Under the pieces are notes generated by a model that was not told where the DNA came from, did not search any database, and saw only the letters and a list, made by a program, of their open reading frames with translations. DNA of 64,000 nucleotides from an uncultured delta proteobacterium. GTDB lineage: Bacteria > Myxococcota > Myxococcia > SLRQ01. The position numbers and the translations under genes are program-made. Where the stretch lies: NCBI GenBank assembly GCA_963727485.1, contig CAVSGM010000011.1:828501-892500 (forward strand), written 5' to 3'. Below, piece by piece: positions 1 through 11,621 of this stretch (the stretch's first letter is position 1; every line of letters begins with the position of its first letter).

Positions 1-665
1 AGATCCTCATCGAGGAGGAGGCGGCCCGGCTCATCGACATGGAGAAGGTCAAGAGCGAGGCCCTGGTCCGCGCCGAGACCTCGGGGATCATCTTCCTCGA
101 CGAGATCGACAAGGTCGCCGGCCGCGAGGGCGGCACCGGCCCCGACGTGAGCCGCGAGGGCGTCCAGCGCGACCTGCTCCCGGTCATCGAGGGGTCCACC
201 GTGGCCACCAAGTACGGCACGGTGAAGACCGACCACGTGCTCTTCATCGCCGCCGGCGCCTTCCACGTGAGCAAGATCAGCGACCTCATCCCCGAGCTCC
301 AGGGGCGCTTCCCCATCCGGGTCGAGCTCGACGCCTTGGGCAAGGACGAGTTCGTGCAAATCCTCTCCGAGCCCCAGAACTCCCTGACCCGGCAGTACGC
401 GGCGCTGCTCGCCACCGAGGGCCTCGAGATCGAGTTCACCGACGACGGCATCCAGGAGATCGCCCGCATCGCCCAGGAGGCCAACAGCCGCGCCGAGAAC
501 ATCGGTGCCCGGCGCCTGCACACGGTGATGGAGCGACTCCTCGAGGAGCTCTCGTTCCGGGCCACCGAGGTCAGCGACAAGCAGGTGAAGATCGACGGCG
601 GCTACGTGCGCGAGCAGCTCAGCGAGGTCCTCGAGAGCGAGGATCTCGGCCGGTACATCCTCTAG
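1..665 (+). CDS. hslU: ATP-dependent protease ATPase subunit HslU, C-terminal part (5' end outside the window)
   Basis: The frame is open from base 3. Conserved HslU AAA+ and C-terminal motifs are present: [10 protein letters not shown] (Walker B), [23 protein letters not shown] and [21 protein letters not shown]. The stop codon is at 663-665. Confidence 0.9.
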   Translation, partial: ILIEEEAARLIDMEKVKSEALVRAETSGIIFLDEIDKVAGREGGTGPDVSREGVQRDLLPVIEGSTVATKYGTVKTDHVLFIAAGAFHVSKISDLIPELQGRFPIRVELDALGKDEFVQILSEPQNSLTRQYAALLATEGLEIEFTDDGIQEIARIAQEANSRAENIGARRLHTVMERLLEELSFRATEVSDKQVKIDGGYVREQLSEVLESEDLGRYIL

Positions 666-721
666 CCGGATGACCCGGCGCGCCGGGGCCGGCCAGGCTC
701 TGCGCGGGCGGACGAACCGGG

Positions 722-1420
722 CTAGAGCTTGTAGCGCTCGGCCCGGCGCGCGTGGCGCTCGGCCTTCCAGGCGTGGCGCTCGGCCCGGCGGGCGTGGCGG
801 GCGGCGCGGCGGTACTCCCGCCAGTCGGCGTGGCCGCCCTCGGGGAGGGCCGCGCGCGCCGGCGCGTCGTAGGGCCCGAGATAGAGGTCGATGGCCCGGC
901 GACCGAGCTTCACCCCGAAGACCACGGCGACGATGGTGAGGAGGACGCCGTGGGTGAGGAAGAGCAGGTCGAGGACGCCGATGACCCCCAGGGTCAGGAG
1001 GTCGTGGGCCGCCCGGCGCTTGAAGCGCGCCTTCTCGGCGGCGAGGGGGTCGGCGGAGACCGGGGCCATGCTCGCCTCGGCGGCCTGGGTCGGGTCACCG
1101 GCTTGGGGGGCCGGCCGGGCGGGGACGGGCTCGGCGGCGCGGGCCTTCCGGCCCTGGGCTTTGCCCTTGCCCGCGGTGGCCGCCGGGGGCTCGGGGGTCG
1201 CCGCCCGGCGCAGGGCGTGCTCGGAGATGTCGAGGTCGCCGGCGATCTCCACCAGATCCGGCCAGCTCACCCGATCGGCGCCGGCGAGCGGCGCGGTCGG
1301 GGGCGCCGCCTTCGCGGTGGTCGCCCGGCGGATGATGGCGCCGACCTCCTCGACCGAGTAGGTGCGCGACTCGACGGGGCCTTCGTCTGACTTCGCCATG
1401 GCCAAAGGGTACGCCTCCAT
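722..1420 (-). CDS. Hypothetical membrane protein with a two-helix hairpin and an Arg/His-rich tail
   Basis: Only the 3' part of the 722..2437 ORF looks coding. Candidate starts are ATG 1420 ([11 protein letters not shown]) and ATG 1399 (MAKSDEG). The second is preceded 6 nt upstream by a TACCCT -10-like box. The hydrophobic pair is [15 protein letters not shown] / [12 protein letters not shown]. No family was recognised. Confidence 0.5.
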   Translation of the reverse strand: MEAYPLAMAKSDEGPVESRTYSVEEVGAIIRRATTAKAAPPTAPLAGADRVSWPDLVEIAGDLDISEHALRRAATPEPPAATAGKGKAQGRKARAAEPVPARPAPQAGDPTQAAEASMAPVSADPLAAEKARFKRRAAHDLLTLGVIGVLDLLFLTHGVLLTIVAVVFGVKLGRRAIDLYLGPYDAPARAALPEGGHADWREYRRAARHARRAERHAWKAERHARRAERYKL

Positions 1421-1612
1421 GGGGTGTCCCGCCACTGTCGGCGTCGGCCGTGGGGCCGGCGCCGCAAGGGCGGACGGGGTGCCGGAACGGGCGGCGGACG
1501 GCCCCGGCGCCGGGCGTCTGACGACTGGCGGGCGCCGGGGCCGCAGCCGCGCGCCCGGCACCCCAAGCGCCCCCTTGCGGCCGGCGCGCCGGAATGCTTC
1601 GATGCCGGCCCC

Positions 1613-2515
1613 ATGGAGCGTGCCCAGGAGACCGCCCGCGTCCTCATCGAGGCGCTGCCCTACATCCGCCGGTTCGCCGGCCGGACCGTCGTCATCAAGT
1701 ACGGCGGCAACGCCATGGTCGACGACGCCCTCAAGGAGACCTTCGCCCTCGACGTGGTGCTCCTCAAGTACGTGGGGGTGCGCCCGGTGGTGGTCCACGG
1801 CGGCGGCCCCCAGATCGGCAAGGTCCTGGAGCGCATGGGCATCGCCTCCCGCTTCGTCGAGGGCCTGCGGGTGACCGACGACGAGACCATGGACGTGGTG
1901 GAGATGGTGCTCGTGGGCCAGGTGAACAAGGAGATCGTCTCGCTCCTCAACCAGGGTGGCGGCCGGGCCGTGGGCCTCTCGGGGAAGGACGGGCGGATGA
2001 TCCGCGCCCGGAAGATCACCATCGAGAGCCGCCCCGCCGCCAACAAGGCCCCGGAGATCGTCGACCCCGGGCGGGTGGGGGACGTGGCCGCGGTGGACCC
2101 CTCGGTCATCGGCTCCCTCGAGGACGCCGGCTACATCCCGGTCATCGCCCCGGTGGGCGTCGACGACGCCGGCCGGGCCCTGAACATCAACGCCGACACC
2201 GTGGCCGGCCGCGTCGCCGGGGCCCTCAAGGCCGATCGGCTGCTCCTGCTCACCGACACCGTGGGGGTCAAGGACGCCGCCGGCGCCCTCGTCCCCGAGC
2301 TCGACACCGCGGGCGCCGAGGGCCTCATCCACGACGGCACCGCCATAGGCGGCATGATCCCCAAGCTGCGCTGCTGCCTCCAGGCGCTCGCCCACGGCGT
2401 GGGCGCCGCCACCATCCTCGACGGCCGCGTGCCCCACGCGGTCCTCCTCGAGCTGCTCACCGACCGGGGTGTGGGCACCGTGATCCGCGACGCCCCCCCG
2501 AAGGAGACCCCATGA
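1613..2515 (+). CDS. argB: Acetylglutamate kinase
   Basis: Amino-acid kinase motifs are present: [30 protein letters not shown] and GGMIPKL. The start is ATG 1613 inside the longer 1424 ORF. The stop overlaps the argD start (ATGA). Confidence 0.92.
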   Translation: MERAQETARVLIEALPYIRRFAGRTVVIKYGGNAMVDDALKETFALDVVLLKYVGVRPVVVHGGGPQIGKVLERMGIASRFVEGLRVTDDETMDVVEMVLVGQVNKEIVSLLNQGGGRAVGLSGKDGRMIRARKITIESRPAANKAPEIVDPGRVGDVAAVDPSVIGSLEDAGYIPVIAPVGVDDAGRALNINADTVAGRVAGALKADRLLLLTDTVGVKDAAGALVPELDTAGAEGLIHDGTAIGGMIPKLRCCLQALAHGVGAATILDGRVPHAVLLELLTDRGVGTVIRDAPPKETP

Positions 2516-3699
2516 GCCTCACGCAAGACCTCATCGCCTCGGGCCAGGCCCACCAGTTCCGCAACTACCGCCAGCCGGACTTCGTGCTGGCCAAGGGCGA
2601 GGGCGCCTGGGTCGAGGACCTCGACGGCAAGCGCTACCTCGACCTCATCGCCGGCATCGCCACCTGCGGCCTGGGCCACCGCCACCCCAAGGTCGCCGCG
2701 GCGGTGCACGCCCAGGTCGACAAGCTGTGGCACGTCTCGAACCTCTACTGGACCGAGCCGGCCATCCGCCTGGCCGAGAAGCTCACCGCCACCTCCTTCG
2801 CCGACCGGGTGTTCTTCTGCAACTCCGGCGCCGAGGCCAACGAGGGCGCCATCAAGCTCGCCCGGCGCTACCACCACGACCGGGGCGAGGCGCGTCACGA
2901 GATCCTCGCCTTCGAGCACTCGTTCCACGGGCGCACCATGGGCGCCCTGGCCGCCACCGGCCAGCCCAAGTACCACGAGGGCTTCGGGCCCATGCCCGCG
3001 GGCTTCGTCCACGTGCCCTACGGCGACCTCGAGGCGGTCAGGGCCAAGGCCGGCGCCGGCACCGCGGCGATCATGCTCGAGCCGCTCCAGGGCGAGGCGG
3101 GGATCCTCGCGCCCCCCGAGGGCTTCCTCGCGGAGCTGCGCAAGCTCTGCGACGAGCTCGGCGCCCTGCTCATCCTCGACGAGGTGCAGTCGGGGATGGG
3201 GCGCACCGGGAAGCTCTGGGCCCACGAGTGGACCGGCGTCACCCCGGACATCATGACCAGCGCCAAGGCGCTGGGCAGCGGCCTGCCCATCGGGGCGCTG
3301 CTGGCCACCGAGGAGGTCGCCAAGAGCTTCGTCCCCGGGACCCACGCCTCGACCTTCGGCGGCAACCCCGTCGCCTGCGCCTCGGCGCTCGCCACCCTCG
3401 AGGTGCTCCTCGACGACGGCGCCCTCGAGGCAGGCGCCCGGGCCGCCGCCCACCTGCGCGAGCAGGTCGAGTCCGAGCTGGTGGGCAAGGGGCCCGTCAC
3501 CGGCGTGCGCGGCCAGGGCATGTGGCTCGGCCTCCTGGTCGAGTCCGGCGCCCGGGACCTCCTCGCCTCGGCCATGGAGGCCGGGGTCCTGGTCAACGCC
3601 ATCGGCCAGACCATCCTCCGCCTCGCCCCGCCCCTCACCCTCACCGAGGCCGAGATCGACGAGGCGGTGGGGCGCCTCGCCCAGGCCTGGAACCGCTGA
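2512..3699 (+). CDS. argD: Acetylornithine aminotransferase (class III PLP enzyme)
   Basis: Motifs: [33 protein letters not shown], and [14 protein letters not shown] (PLP lysine context). The start is ATG 2512. The gene is translationally coupled to argB and argF. Confidence 0.92.
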   Translation: MSLTQDLIASGQAHQFRNYRQPDFVLAKGEGAWVEDLDGKRYLDLIAGIATCGLGHRHPKVAAAVHAQVDKLWHVSNLYWTEPAIRLAEKLTATSFADRVFFCNSGAEANEGAIKLARRYHHDRGEARHEILAFEHSFHGRTMGALAATGQPKYHEGFGPMPAGFVHVPYGDLEAVRAKAGAGTAAIMLEPLQGEAGILAPPEGFLAELRKLCDELGALLILDEVQSGMGRTGKLWAHEWTGVTPDIMTSAKALGSGLPIGALLATEEVAKSFVPGTHASTFGGNPVACASALATLEVLLDDGALEAGARAAAHLREQVESELVGKGPVTGVRGQGMWLGLLVESGARDLLASAMEAGVLVNAIGQTILRLAPPLTLTEAEIDEAVGRLAQAWNR

Positions 3700-4613
3700 T
3701 GACCCACCTCCTGTCCCTGGCCGACCACGGCCGTAAGACCCTCGAGGCGCTCCTGGCCCGGGCCGTCGAGCTCAAGGCGCAGCGCCACGCGGGCACGCCC
3801 CACACCCCGCTCACCGGCAAGAGCCTGGTGCTCATCTTCGAGAAGGCCTCCACCCGCACCCGGGTGAGCTTCGAGGTGGGCATGTACCAGCTCGGGGGAC
3901 ACGCGGTGATCCTCTCGCCCCGGGACTCGCAGATCGGCCGGGGCGAGCCCCTCGAGGACACCGCCCGGGTCCTCTCGCGCTACGCCGACGGCATCGTCAT
4001 CCGCACCTTCGACCAGGCCACCGTCGCCGCCTTCGCCGGCCACGCCACCGTCCCCGTGATCAACGGGCTGACCGACGCCCTGCACCCCTGCCAGGTCCTC
4101 GCCGACCTCCAGACCATCGTCGAGCGCCGGGGCCCCCTGGAGGAGCAGGTGATCGCCTGGGTCGGCGACGGGAACAACATGGCCCACTCCTACCTCAACG
4201 CCGCCCGGGTCCTGGGCTTCGAGCTGCGGCTGGCCTGCCCCGCGGGCTACCACCCCGAGGCCCGCTACCTCGACGGCGTCGCCACCGCCACCCTCACCGA
4301 GGACCCGGCGGAGGCCGTCGACGGCGCCACGGTGGTGGTCACCGACGTCTGGGCGAGCATGGGCCAGGAGGCGGAGCAGCAGGCCCGGGAGCAGGCCTTC
4401 GCCGGCTTCCGCCTCGACGACGCGCTCCTCGCCGGCGCCGCCGCCGACCACCTGGTGCTCCACTGCCTCCCGGCCCACCGGGGCGAGGAGATCAGCGCCG
4501 AGGTCCTCGAGGGCCCCCACTCGGCGGTCTTCGACGCCGCCGAGAACCGCCTCCACGTCCAGAAGGCGCTCCTCGAGTGGCTCCTGGCGCCGGAGGCCTC
4601 GCCGGTCCCCTGA
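3699..4613 (+). CDS. argF: Ornithine carbamoyltransferase
   Basis: Motifs: FEKASTRTRVSFE (STRTR carbamoyl-phosphate site), HPCQ, VGDGNNMAHS and HCLPAHRGEE. ATG 3699 overlaps the argD stop. Confidence 0.92.
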   Translation: MTHLLSLADHGRKTLEALLARAVELKAQRHAGTPHTPLTGKSLVLIFEKASTRTRVSFEVGMYQLGGHAVILSPRDSQIGRGEPLEDTARVLSRYADGIVIRTFDQATVAAFAGHATVPVINGLTDALHPCQVLADLQTIVERRGPLEEQVIAWVGDGNNMAHSYLNAARVLGFELRLACPAGYHPEARYLDGVATATLTEDPAEAVDGATVVVTDVWASMGQEAEQQAREQAFAGFRLDDALLAGAAADHLVLHCLPAHRGEEISAEVLEGPHSAVFDAAENRLHVQKALLEWLLAPEASPVP

Positions 4614-4628
4614 GCGGGTCGCGGCGAC

Positions 4629-5264
4629 TCAGCGCTTGCGCGCCAGGGTCATCCCGTCGCGGACGCTGAGCATCACCTGCTCCACCCGGTCGTCGGCCTG
4701 CACCTTGTCGTTGAAGGCGCGGATGGCCCGGGTGGTCTCGGCGTCGTCGTCGCCGACCACCCGCCCGCTCCACAGGACGTTGTCGGCGACCAGGAGCCCG
4801 CCTTGCCGGAGCAGGGGCACCACCGCGTCGAAGTAGTCGGGGTAGTGCTCCTTGTCCGCGTCGACGAAGGCGAGGTCGAAGGGCCCCTCGAGGGTCTTCA
4901 GGGTGTCCAGGGCCGGCCCCAGGCGGATCTCGATCTTCTCCCCGTAGCCGCTCTCGTCGAAGTAGCGCCGGGCGATCTGCGCCACCTCGGCGTCGACGTC
5001 GCAGGTGACGAGGCGCCCGTCGCCCGGGAGCGCGCTGCCCATCATCAGGGCGCTGTAGCCGGTGAACATCCCGATCTCGAGGATGCGCCTCGCCCCGGTG
5101 AGCTGGACCAGGAGCTTGAGGAAGGTGCCCTCCACCGGGCCCACCTGCATCCCCGGGGCGCTGGTCTTCGCCCGGGTCTCCTCCCGGAGGCGGACGAAGA
5201 GGTCCCCCACGGGGGTGGTGTGGTCGGCGGCGTAGGCTTCGATCGCGTCGTCGAGGATGGCCAT
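4629..5264 (-). CDS. Class I SAM-dependent O-methyltransferase (caffeoyl-CoA O-methyltransferase-like)
   Basis: Motifs: ILEIGMFTGYSAL (SAM motif I), VDADKEHYPDYF and LLVADNVLWSG. Length is 211 aa. The gene is convergent with argF. Confidence 0.85.
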   Translation of the reverse strand: MAILDDAIEAYAADHTTPVGDLFVRLREETRAKTSAPGMQVGPVEGTFLKLLVQLTGARRILEIGMFTGYSALMMGSALPGDGRLVTCDVDAEVAQIARRYFDESGYGEKIEIRLGPALDTLKTLEGPFDLAFVDADKEHYPDYFDAVVPLLRQGGLLVADNVLWSGRVVGDDDAETTRAIRAFNDKVQADDRVEQVMLSVRDGMTLARKR

Positions 5265-5311
5265 GGACGAACCGTTAGCCCAGGGGCGACGCCGGGGCCA
5301 GCCCCACCGCC

Positions 5312-5926
5312 TCAGTGGATCCGCGGGCCCCAGGGGAGGGCGGCGACGACCTCGGCCTCCCGGGCGGTGAGCGCCTGGGCCCGGGCCGCGAGGGTGGCGG
5401 GGTCCACCAGGGAGCGGGCGAGGGCGACGAAGATGTCCCGGTGCCGGTGCTCGGCGGTGGCCAGCCCGGCGTAGAAGTCGGCGAGCCCCGGGTCGCGTGG
5501 GCGCAGGGCGTCGGCGAGGAGGTCCAGGCGCTCGGCGCTCCGGGCCTCGATGAGCCCGCTGACCAGCAGGAGGTCGAGCTGCCGGTCCGGCTCTCCCCGG
5601 CGCACCTCGGCGCGCAAGGCTTGCGCGTACGGGTCGCCGGCATCGCGGGTGGCCTGGCCCCCGGCCCGGCGGAGGCGCCGCCCGACCTCGACGAGGTGGC
5701 TGGTCTCCTCGTGGGCGAGGCGCGAGAGGTGGAGGACCAGGTCCTCCCGGTCGGGGTAGGCGCGGACCAGGGCCAGGGCGGTGGTCGCCGCCTTGCGCTC
5801 GCAGTGGAGGTGGTCGGCGAGGAGGGCCGGGAGGTCGGCGAGGGCGGCCCCGGTCCAGGCCGGATCGGTGGGGGTGAGGGGGTACACGGCGCCGGCGAGC
5901 CTACGGCAGCCGTGGACCCGTGTCAT
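5312..5926 (-). CDS. miaE: tRNA-(ms2io6A)-hydroxylase (MiaE family di-iron protein)
   Basis: The four-helix-bundle di-iron ligand pattern is present: HCERKAA, HEETSH, EARSAERL and AEHRHRD. Length is 204 aa. Confidence 0.75.
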   Translation of the reverse strand: MTRVHGCRRLAGAVYPLTPTDPAWTGAALADLPALLADHLHCERKAATTALALVRAYPDREDLVLHLSRLAHEETSHLVEVGRRLRRAGGQATRDAGDPYAQALRAEVRRGEPDRQLDLLLVSGLIEARSAERLDLLADALRPRDPGLADFYAGLATAEHRHRDIFVALARSLVDPATLAARAQALTAREAEVVAALPWGPRIH

Positions 5927-5954
5927 CCCGGGTCAGGGGCGCCGGGACGCCACG

Positions 5955-5984
5955 TTGACGCCCCTCCGGGAGTGTTCCTAAACT
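5955..5984 (+). promoter_or_regulatory. Sigma70-like promoter TTGACG-N18-TAAACT upstream of the J-domain/Hsp70 operon
   Basis: The hexamers were read directly at 5955-5960 and 5979-5984, about 20 nt upstream of the TTG 6006 start. Confidence 0.45.
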
Positions 5985-6005
5985 GGCGGAACATCAGCCG
6001 ATGGT

Positions 6006-7283
6006 TTGGGGGGGCACCCAGCAGTGGCGCAAAGTGACAGCATCCCGGGACTGGGCCGGCAATCCGATCCTCTGAGGCTCGCGCCCATCGATCCGTCCCG
6101 GCTCACCCTCACCCCCGAGGAGGGCTTCCTGCTCTCTCGCGCCCAGTCCTGCGCCAGCGTCGGCGAGCTCCTCGCGGCCTCCGGCCTCCCCGAGGCCAAG
6201 GCCATCCCCCTGGTCCGGGCCCTCAAGGACAAGGGCGTGCTCCTGACCAACGGCGCGGCCGGGGCTCCCCGGTCCGCCGACGTGGCCGGGGCGCAGGCGG
6301 CCTCCAAGAGCCGCTATGCCGGCTTCATCTTCAACCCCGCGGATCTCTCCGAGGACGTGGAGCTCCCCCTCGACCTGAAGAAGGAGCTGCTCTTCCTCCA
6401 CGCGCACATCGGGGACTGGACCCACTACGACTTCCTCGCGGTCCGGCCCAAGACCCCGGTGGACGCGATCCGCAAGGCCTACTTCGACCTCTCCCGGCGC
6501 TTCCACCCGGACCGCTACTACGGCAAGCGCCTCGGCAGCTACAAGGCCCGCCTCTCCCAGGTCTTCCAGCGCCTCCACGACGCCTACGACGTGCTCTCCA
6601 ACCCCGAGCGCAAGCGCGCCTACGACGCCGAGACCGACATCCCCCTCACCGCCGAGGAGCTCCAGGAGCTCGAGGCGGCCCAGTCCCGGCGCCTCGACGA
6701 GGCGCGGCGGGCCGAGGAGCGCCGGGCGCGTCTCAAGCGCCACTCGCCCCTCGGCCGCAACAAGGGCAAGGCCCGGCAGCTCCGGGAGGAGGCGGCGAAG
6801 GCCGAGGCGGCCGGCGACCTCAAGCACGCCGCCAGCCTCCTCCAGCTCGCCGCCACCTTCAATCCCCTGAACGCCGAGCTCGCCCGCCAGCGGGACGCCG
6901 CCTCCGAGGTGGCCAAGGAGACCCAGCTCGAGGAGCTGATGGTCAAGGTCAACGCCGCCGACGTCATGGGCAACACCGATCTCGCCGAGGCCCACCTCCG
7001 CGCCGCGGTGGCCCTCGACGCCTCCGACCCCCGGGCCCACGTGGCCCTGGCCCGCGCCCTCCTGAAGCGGGGCCGGAACGCCGACGAGGTGGTGGCCCTG
7101 GCCCTCGCCGCCACCGAGCGTGGCCGCCGCAACCCCGAGGCGTTCACGGTGCTGGGGCAGGCCCACCTCGCCGCCGGGGACAAGAAGGCCGCCCGCACCG
7201 CCTTCCAGCGCGCCGTGGACCTCGATCCCACCGCCGACGAAGCCAAGGAGGGGCTCAAGACCCTCCGGTGGAGCCTCTTCTAG
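6006..7283 (+). CDS. J-domain protein with C-terminal TPR-like repeats
   Basis: The J domain reads YDFLAVRPKTPVDAIRKAYFDLSRRFHPDR...YDVLSNPERKRAYD and includes the HPD tripeptide. A helical-repeat C-terminus follows. The start is TTG 6006, with GTG 6024 as an alternative. The gene lies directly upstream of an Hsp70 gene. Confidence 0.8.
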   Translation: MGGHPAVAQSDSIPGLGRQSDPLRLAPIDPSRLTLTPEEGFLLSRAQSCASVGELLAASGLPEAKAIPLVRALKDKGVLLTNGAAGAPRSADVAGAQAASKSRYAGFIFNPADLSEDVELPLDLKKELLFLHAHIGDWTHYDFLAVRPKTPVDAIRKAYFDLSRRFHPDRYYGKRLGSYKARLSQVFQRLHDAYDVLSNPERKRAYDAETDIPLTAEELQELEAAQSRRLDEARRAEERRARLKRHSPLGRNKGKARQLREEAAKAEAAGDLKHAASLLQLAATFNPLNAELARQRDAASEVAKETQLEELMVKVNAADVMGNTDLAEAHLRAAVALDASDPRAHVALARALLKRGRNADEVVALALAATERGRRNPEAFTVLGQAHLAAGDKKAARTAFQRAVDLDPTADEAKEGLKTLRWSLF

Positions 7284-7291
7284 GAGCATCA

Positions 7292-9133
7292 ATGGAACCG
7301 GTCATCGGCATCGATCTGGGCACCACCAACAGCTGCGTCGCGTCGGTCGTCGACGGGGTGCCCACGGTGTTCGCCAACAAGGGCGGGTACAAGACCACGC
7401 CCTCGGTCTTCGCGGTCGCGGGCAACGGGCGGCGCCTGGTGGGGCACATCGCCAAGCGCCAGGCGGTCACCAACCCCGAGAACACGGTCGCCGGGGTCAA
7501 GCGCCTCATCGGACGGCCCTGGGAGAGCCAGGAGCGCCAGCGCGCCGAGGAGACCGTGCCCTACGGCCTCGTCGAGGGCCCCAATGGTGACATCCGGATC
7601 TCCATCAGCGGCCAGACCTACGCGGTGCCCGAGATCTCCGCCCAGGTGCTCATCGAGATGAAGCAGGTGGCCGAGGCGGCGCTCCAGCAGTCGGTCCGTC
7701 AGGCGGTGATCACCGTCCCCGCCTACTTCAACGACGGGCAGCGTCAAGCCACCAAGGACGCCGGGCGCATCGCCGGCCTCGATGTCATCCGCATCGTCAA
7801 CGAGCCCACCGCGGCGGCCCTGGCCTACGGCTTCGGCAAGCACCTCGAGCGCAAGGTGGCCGTCTACGATCTCGGCGGGGGCACCTTCGACGTCTCCATC
7901 CTCCACATCGCCGACGGCATCTTCGACGTCATCGCCACCTCCGGGGACACCTACCTCGGCGGCGAGGACTTCGACGAGCGGATCATCGAGTGGCTGGTGT
8001 TCAACTTCGCCAAGGAGCACCGGGTCGACCTTCGCCGCGACCGCATGGCCCTCCAGCGTCTCAAGGACGCCGCCGAGAAGGCCAAGATCGAGCTCTCCGG
8101 CACCTCCAACGCGGACATCAACCTGCCGTTCATCTTCTCCACCGGGAAGAACGACGCCCTCCACCTCCAGCGGGCGCTCACCCGGGACAAGCTCGAGGAC
8201 CTGGTCGACGACCTGGTGGAGCGGACCCTGGTGATCTGCGAGCGCACCCTCCAGGAGGCGGGGCTCGGCAAGGACGACATCGACGAGGTGATCCTCGTCG
8301 GCGGCCAGACGCGGATGCCCCGGATCCAGGCCAAGGTCGGCCAGATGTTCAACCGGGAGCCGTGCAAGGGCGTGCACCCCGACGAGGTGGTCGCCCTCGG
8401 CGCCGCCATCCAGGGCAGCGTGCTCACCCAGGGCGACACCGACATGCTCCTCCTCGACGTGACCCCCATGAGCCTGGGGATCATGATCGTCGGCGGCTAC
8501 TTCCAGGTGCTCATCGACAAGAACACCACCGTCCCCACCAGCGCCACCCACACCTTCACCACGGTCAAGGACAACCAGACCCTGGTGAAGATCATGGTCT
8601 TCCAGGGCGAGAGCGAGGTGGCCAGCGAGAACGAGCTCCTCGGGGAGTTCATCCTCACCGGCCTGCGCGAGGCGCCCCGGGGCGAGGTGGAGATCGAGGT
8701 CACCTTCGAGATCAGCGCCGACGGCATCGTCGGGGTCCGGGCCAAGGACACCGAGACCGGACAGCAGCAGGCGATCACCGTCACCGCCACCCACGGGCTC
8801 TCGGAGTCCGAGATCGCCGAGATCGTCGACCAGAACGCCGACTACCTCCTCGAGGCCAAGGAGGACCAGCGCTTCGACTCGATCCGCACCGACGCCGAGC
8901 GGCTGCTGCGGGACATCGACAAGCTCTTCCCCAAGGTCCGGGAGGTGGTCTCCGGCTCCGACTTCGGGGCCGACGCCCTGAAGAAGGCCGAGACCACCAT
9001 CTCCCGCGCCCGGGTCGCCATCGAGGCCCGGGACCTCGAGGCGCTGGAGAGCGCCTGCGAGGCCCTGGAGCGCACGCTCAACATGTTCAAGGGCGTCGTG
9101 GAGCGGATCGGCGGCGCCCAGACCGGGTCCTAG
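7292..9133 (+). CDS. Hsp70-family chaperone (DnaK paralogue)
   Basis: Motifs: [25 protein letters not shown] and [13 protein letters not shown], plus a substrate-binding domain. The start is ATG 7292, just after the J-protein stop. Confidence 0.9.
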   Translation: MEPVIGIDLGTTNSCVASVVDGVPTVFANKGGYKTTPSVFAVAGNGRRLVGHIAKRQAVTNPENTVAGVKRLIGRPWESQERQRAEETVPYGLVEGPNGDIRISISGQTYAVPEISAQVLIEMKQVAEAALQQSVRQAVITVPAYFNDGQRQATKDAGRIAGLDVIRIVNEPTAAALAYGFGKHLERKVAVYDLGGGTFDVSILHIADGIFDVIATSGDTYLGGEDFDERIIEWLVFNFAKEHRVDLRRDRMALQRLKDAAEKAKIELSGTSNADINLPFIFSTGKNDALHLQRALTRDKLEDLVDDLVERTLVICERTLQEAGLGKDDIDEVILVGGQTRMPRIQAKVGQMFNREPCKGVHPDEVVALGAAIQGSVLTQGDTDMLLLDVTPMSLGIMIVGGYFQVLIDKNTTVPTSATHTFTTVKDNQTLVKIMVFQGESEVASENELLGEFILTGLREAPRGEVEIEVTFEISADGIVGVRAKDTETGQQQAITVTATHGLSESEIAEIVDQNADYLLEAKEDQRFDSIRTDAERLLRDIDKLFPKVREVVSGSDFGADALKKAETTISRARVAIEARDLEALESACEALERTLNMFKGVVERIGGAQTGS

Positions 9134-9140
9134 GAACCGC

Positions 9141-10154
9141 ATGTCCACGACGGCACGGGTGCGCAGCCTCCTCGAGGCGGGGATGAAGGCCTACGCGGGT
9201 GGGCGGACCGAGGACGCCCGGGCGGCCTTCGAGGAGGCTCTGCGTCTCGACCCCGAGAGCCCCCAGGCGAAGAACCTGGTGCGGCGGCTCTTCCCCGGCG
9301 GCGTGCAGGCGCCGGCGGCCCCGGCTTCGGCCCCGGCCCCGGCCCCGGCCCCGGCCCCGGCCGCACCGGCCGCACCGGCCGCATTGGCCCCGGCCGCACC
9401 GGCCGCCGCGCCCTCACCCTGGGTCGAGGACGGGCCGCATCCGGACGACCCGGCCCAGCCGCCCATCGAGGCGACCCAGCCCTGGGGCTTCGAGGGCGAC
9501 GAGGTCCCCCAGCTCGACTGGGGCGAGAGCCTCGAGGACGCCTGGGGGCCCGGCGACCCCGCCGGCCCGGGCGATGCCCCCGAGGCCAGCGTCGATCCCA
9601 GCGCCCTCGCCGACGGACCCGAGAGCCCCTGGGACGAGGGGGCGGTGCTCCAGTCCCCCCAGGCCCCGGGCCTCGACCTCCTCGTCGACGACGCCCCCGC
9701 AGCCCCGGCCGCCCCCGAGACCCCGGCCGCGCCGGCCGCCCTGGCACCGGCCCCGGCCCCCTCCGCCGACGCCGACGAGGTCGCCCAGCTCATGGACGGG
9801 GCCCGGGAGCTCTTCGAGCTCGCCGACTTCACCGGCTCCCTGGAGCTGGTGGAGAAGGCCCTCGAGCTCGACCCGGAGAACGCCGAGGCCCAGGACTACC
9901 TGAACCGGAACGAGGGCACCCTCATCCAGATGTACGAGTCCAAGATCGGGCCCCTCGATGCCCACCCCCAGGTCGCCATCAACCCCGACGAGGTGGTGTG
10001 GCTCAACCTCGACCACCGGGCGGGGTTCGTCCTGGCCCAGATCGACGGCTCGGTGACCTACGAGGACGTCTTCGCCCTGTCGGGGATGAGCCGGCTGGAC
10101 ACCTGCCGGATCCTGGCCCAGCTCATCGACGAGAAGGTCATCGTCGCCGAGTGA
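9141..10154 (+). CDS. Hypothetical TPR-like protein with a Pro/Ala-rich linker
   Basis: There are TPR-like helices at both ends and a long PAPAPAPA / acidic linker. The C-terminal module LNLDHRAGFVLAQIDGSVTYEDVFALSGMSRLDTCRILAQLIDEKVIV resembles the N-terminus of the J-protein. The start is 8 nt after the Hsp70 stop. Confidence 0.6.
   Translation: MSTTARVRSLLEAGMKAYAGGRTEDARAAFEEALRLDPESPQAKNLVRRLFPGGVQAPAAPASAPAPAPAPAPAAPAAPAALAPAAPAAAPSPWVEDGPHPDDPAQPPIEATQPWGFEGDEVPQLDWGESLEDAWGPGDPAGPGDAPEASVDPSALADGPESPWDEGAVLQSPQAPGLDLLVDDAPAAPAAPETPAAPAALAPAPAPSADADEVAQLMDGARELFELADFTGSLELVEKALELDPENAEAQDYLNRNEGTLIQMYESKIGPLDAHPQVAINPDEVVWLNLDHRAGFVLAQIDGSVTYEDVFALSGMSRLDTCRILAQLIDEKVIVAE
9329..9410 (+). 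repeat. Coding microsatellite: (GGCCCC)x5 followed by GCACCGGCC-type units
   Basis: Read directly: ggccccggccccggccccggccccggcccc then ggccgcaccggccgcaccggcc. It encodes PAPAPAPAPAPAAPAAPA. Confidence 0.8.
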
Positions 10155-10247
10155 GGCGGCGCCCGGGGCGGGGGCGCCGGCCAGGGCCAGGGGGCAGGGG
10201 GCTTCCCGCGGTTGACGCGCGGGCCCCGGCTGCGCAGGATGCGCGCC

Positions 10248-11477
<1,230 letters not shown>

Positions 11478-11544
11478 GGATCCCGGGGCGATGTGGCGGG
11501 TGTCGCCCGGGGAGCTCCTGGGCCTGACATCCGGGGCACCCGGG

Positions 11545-11574
11545 TTGCGGACCGGTGACGAAAGGGGGTAGACC
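11545..11574 (+). promoter_or_regulatory. Promoter-like TTGCGG-N18-TAGACC upstream of the PilZ gene
   Basis: The hexamers lie at 11545-11550 and 11569-11574. The same two hexamers occur upstream of the MoxR gene. Confidence 0.35.
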
Positions 11575-11621
11575 ATCCCCCTCGCCGCACCGCGTCACGC
11601 CGTCACCCGGGGGGATCGCCC

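Noticed and set aside
670-2109. Multiple overlapping Arg/Pro/Gly-rich ORFs (for example 670..939, 752..1390, 891..1361, 1267..1647, 1362..1874)
   Set aside because: They are typical high-GC alternative-frame artefacts that overlap the supported membrane-protein and argB genes.
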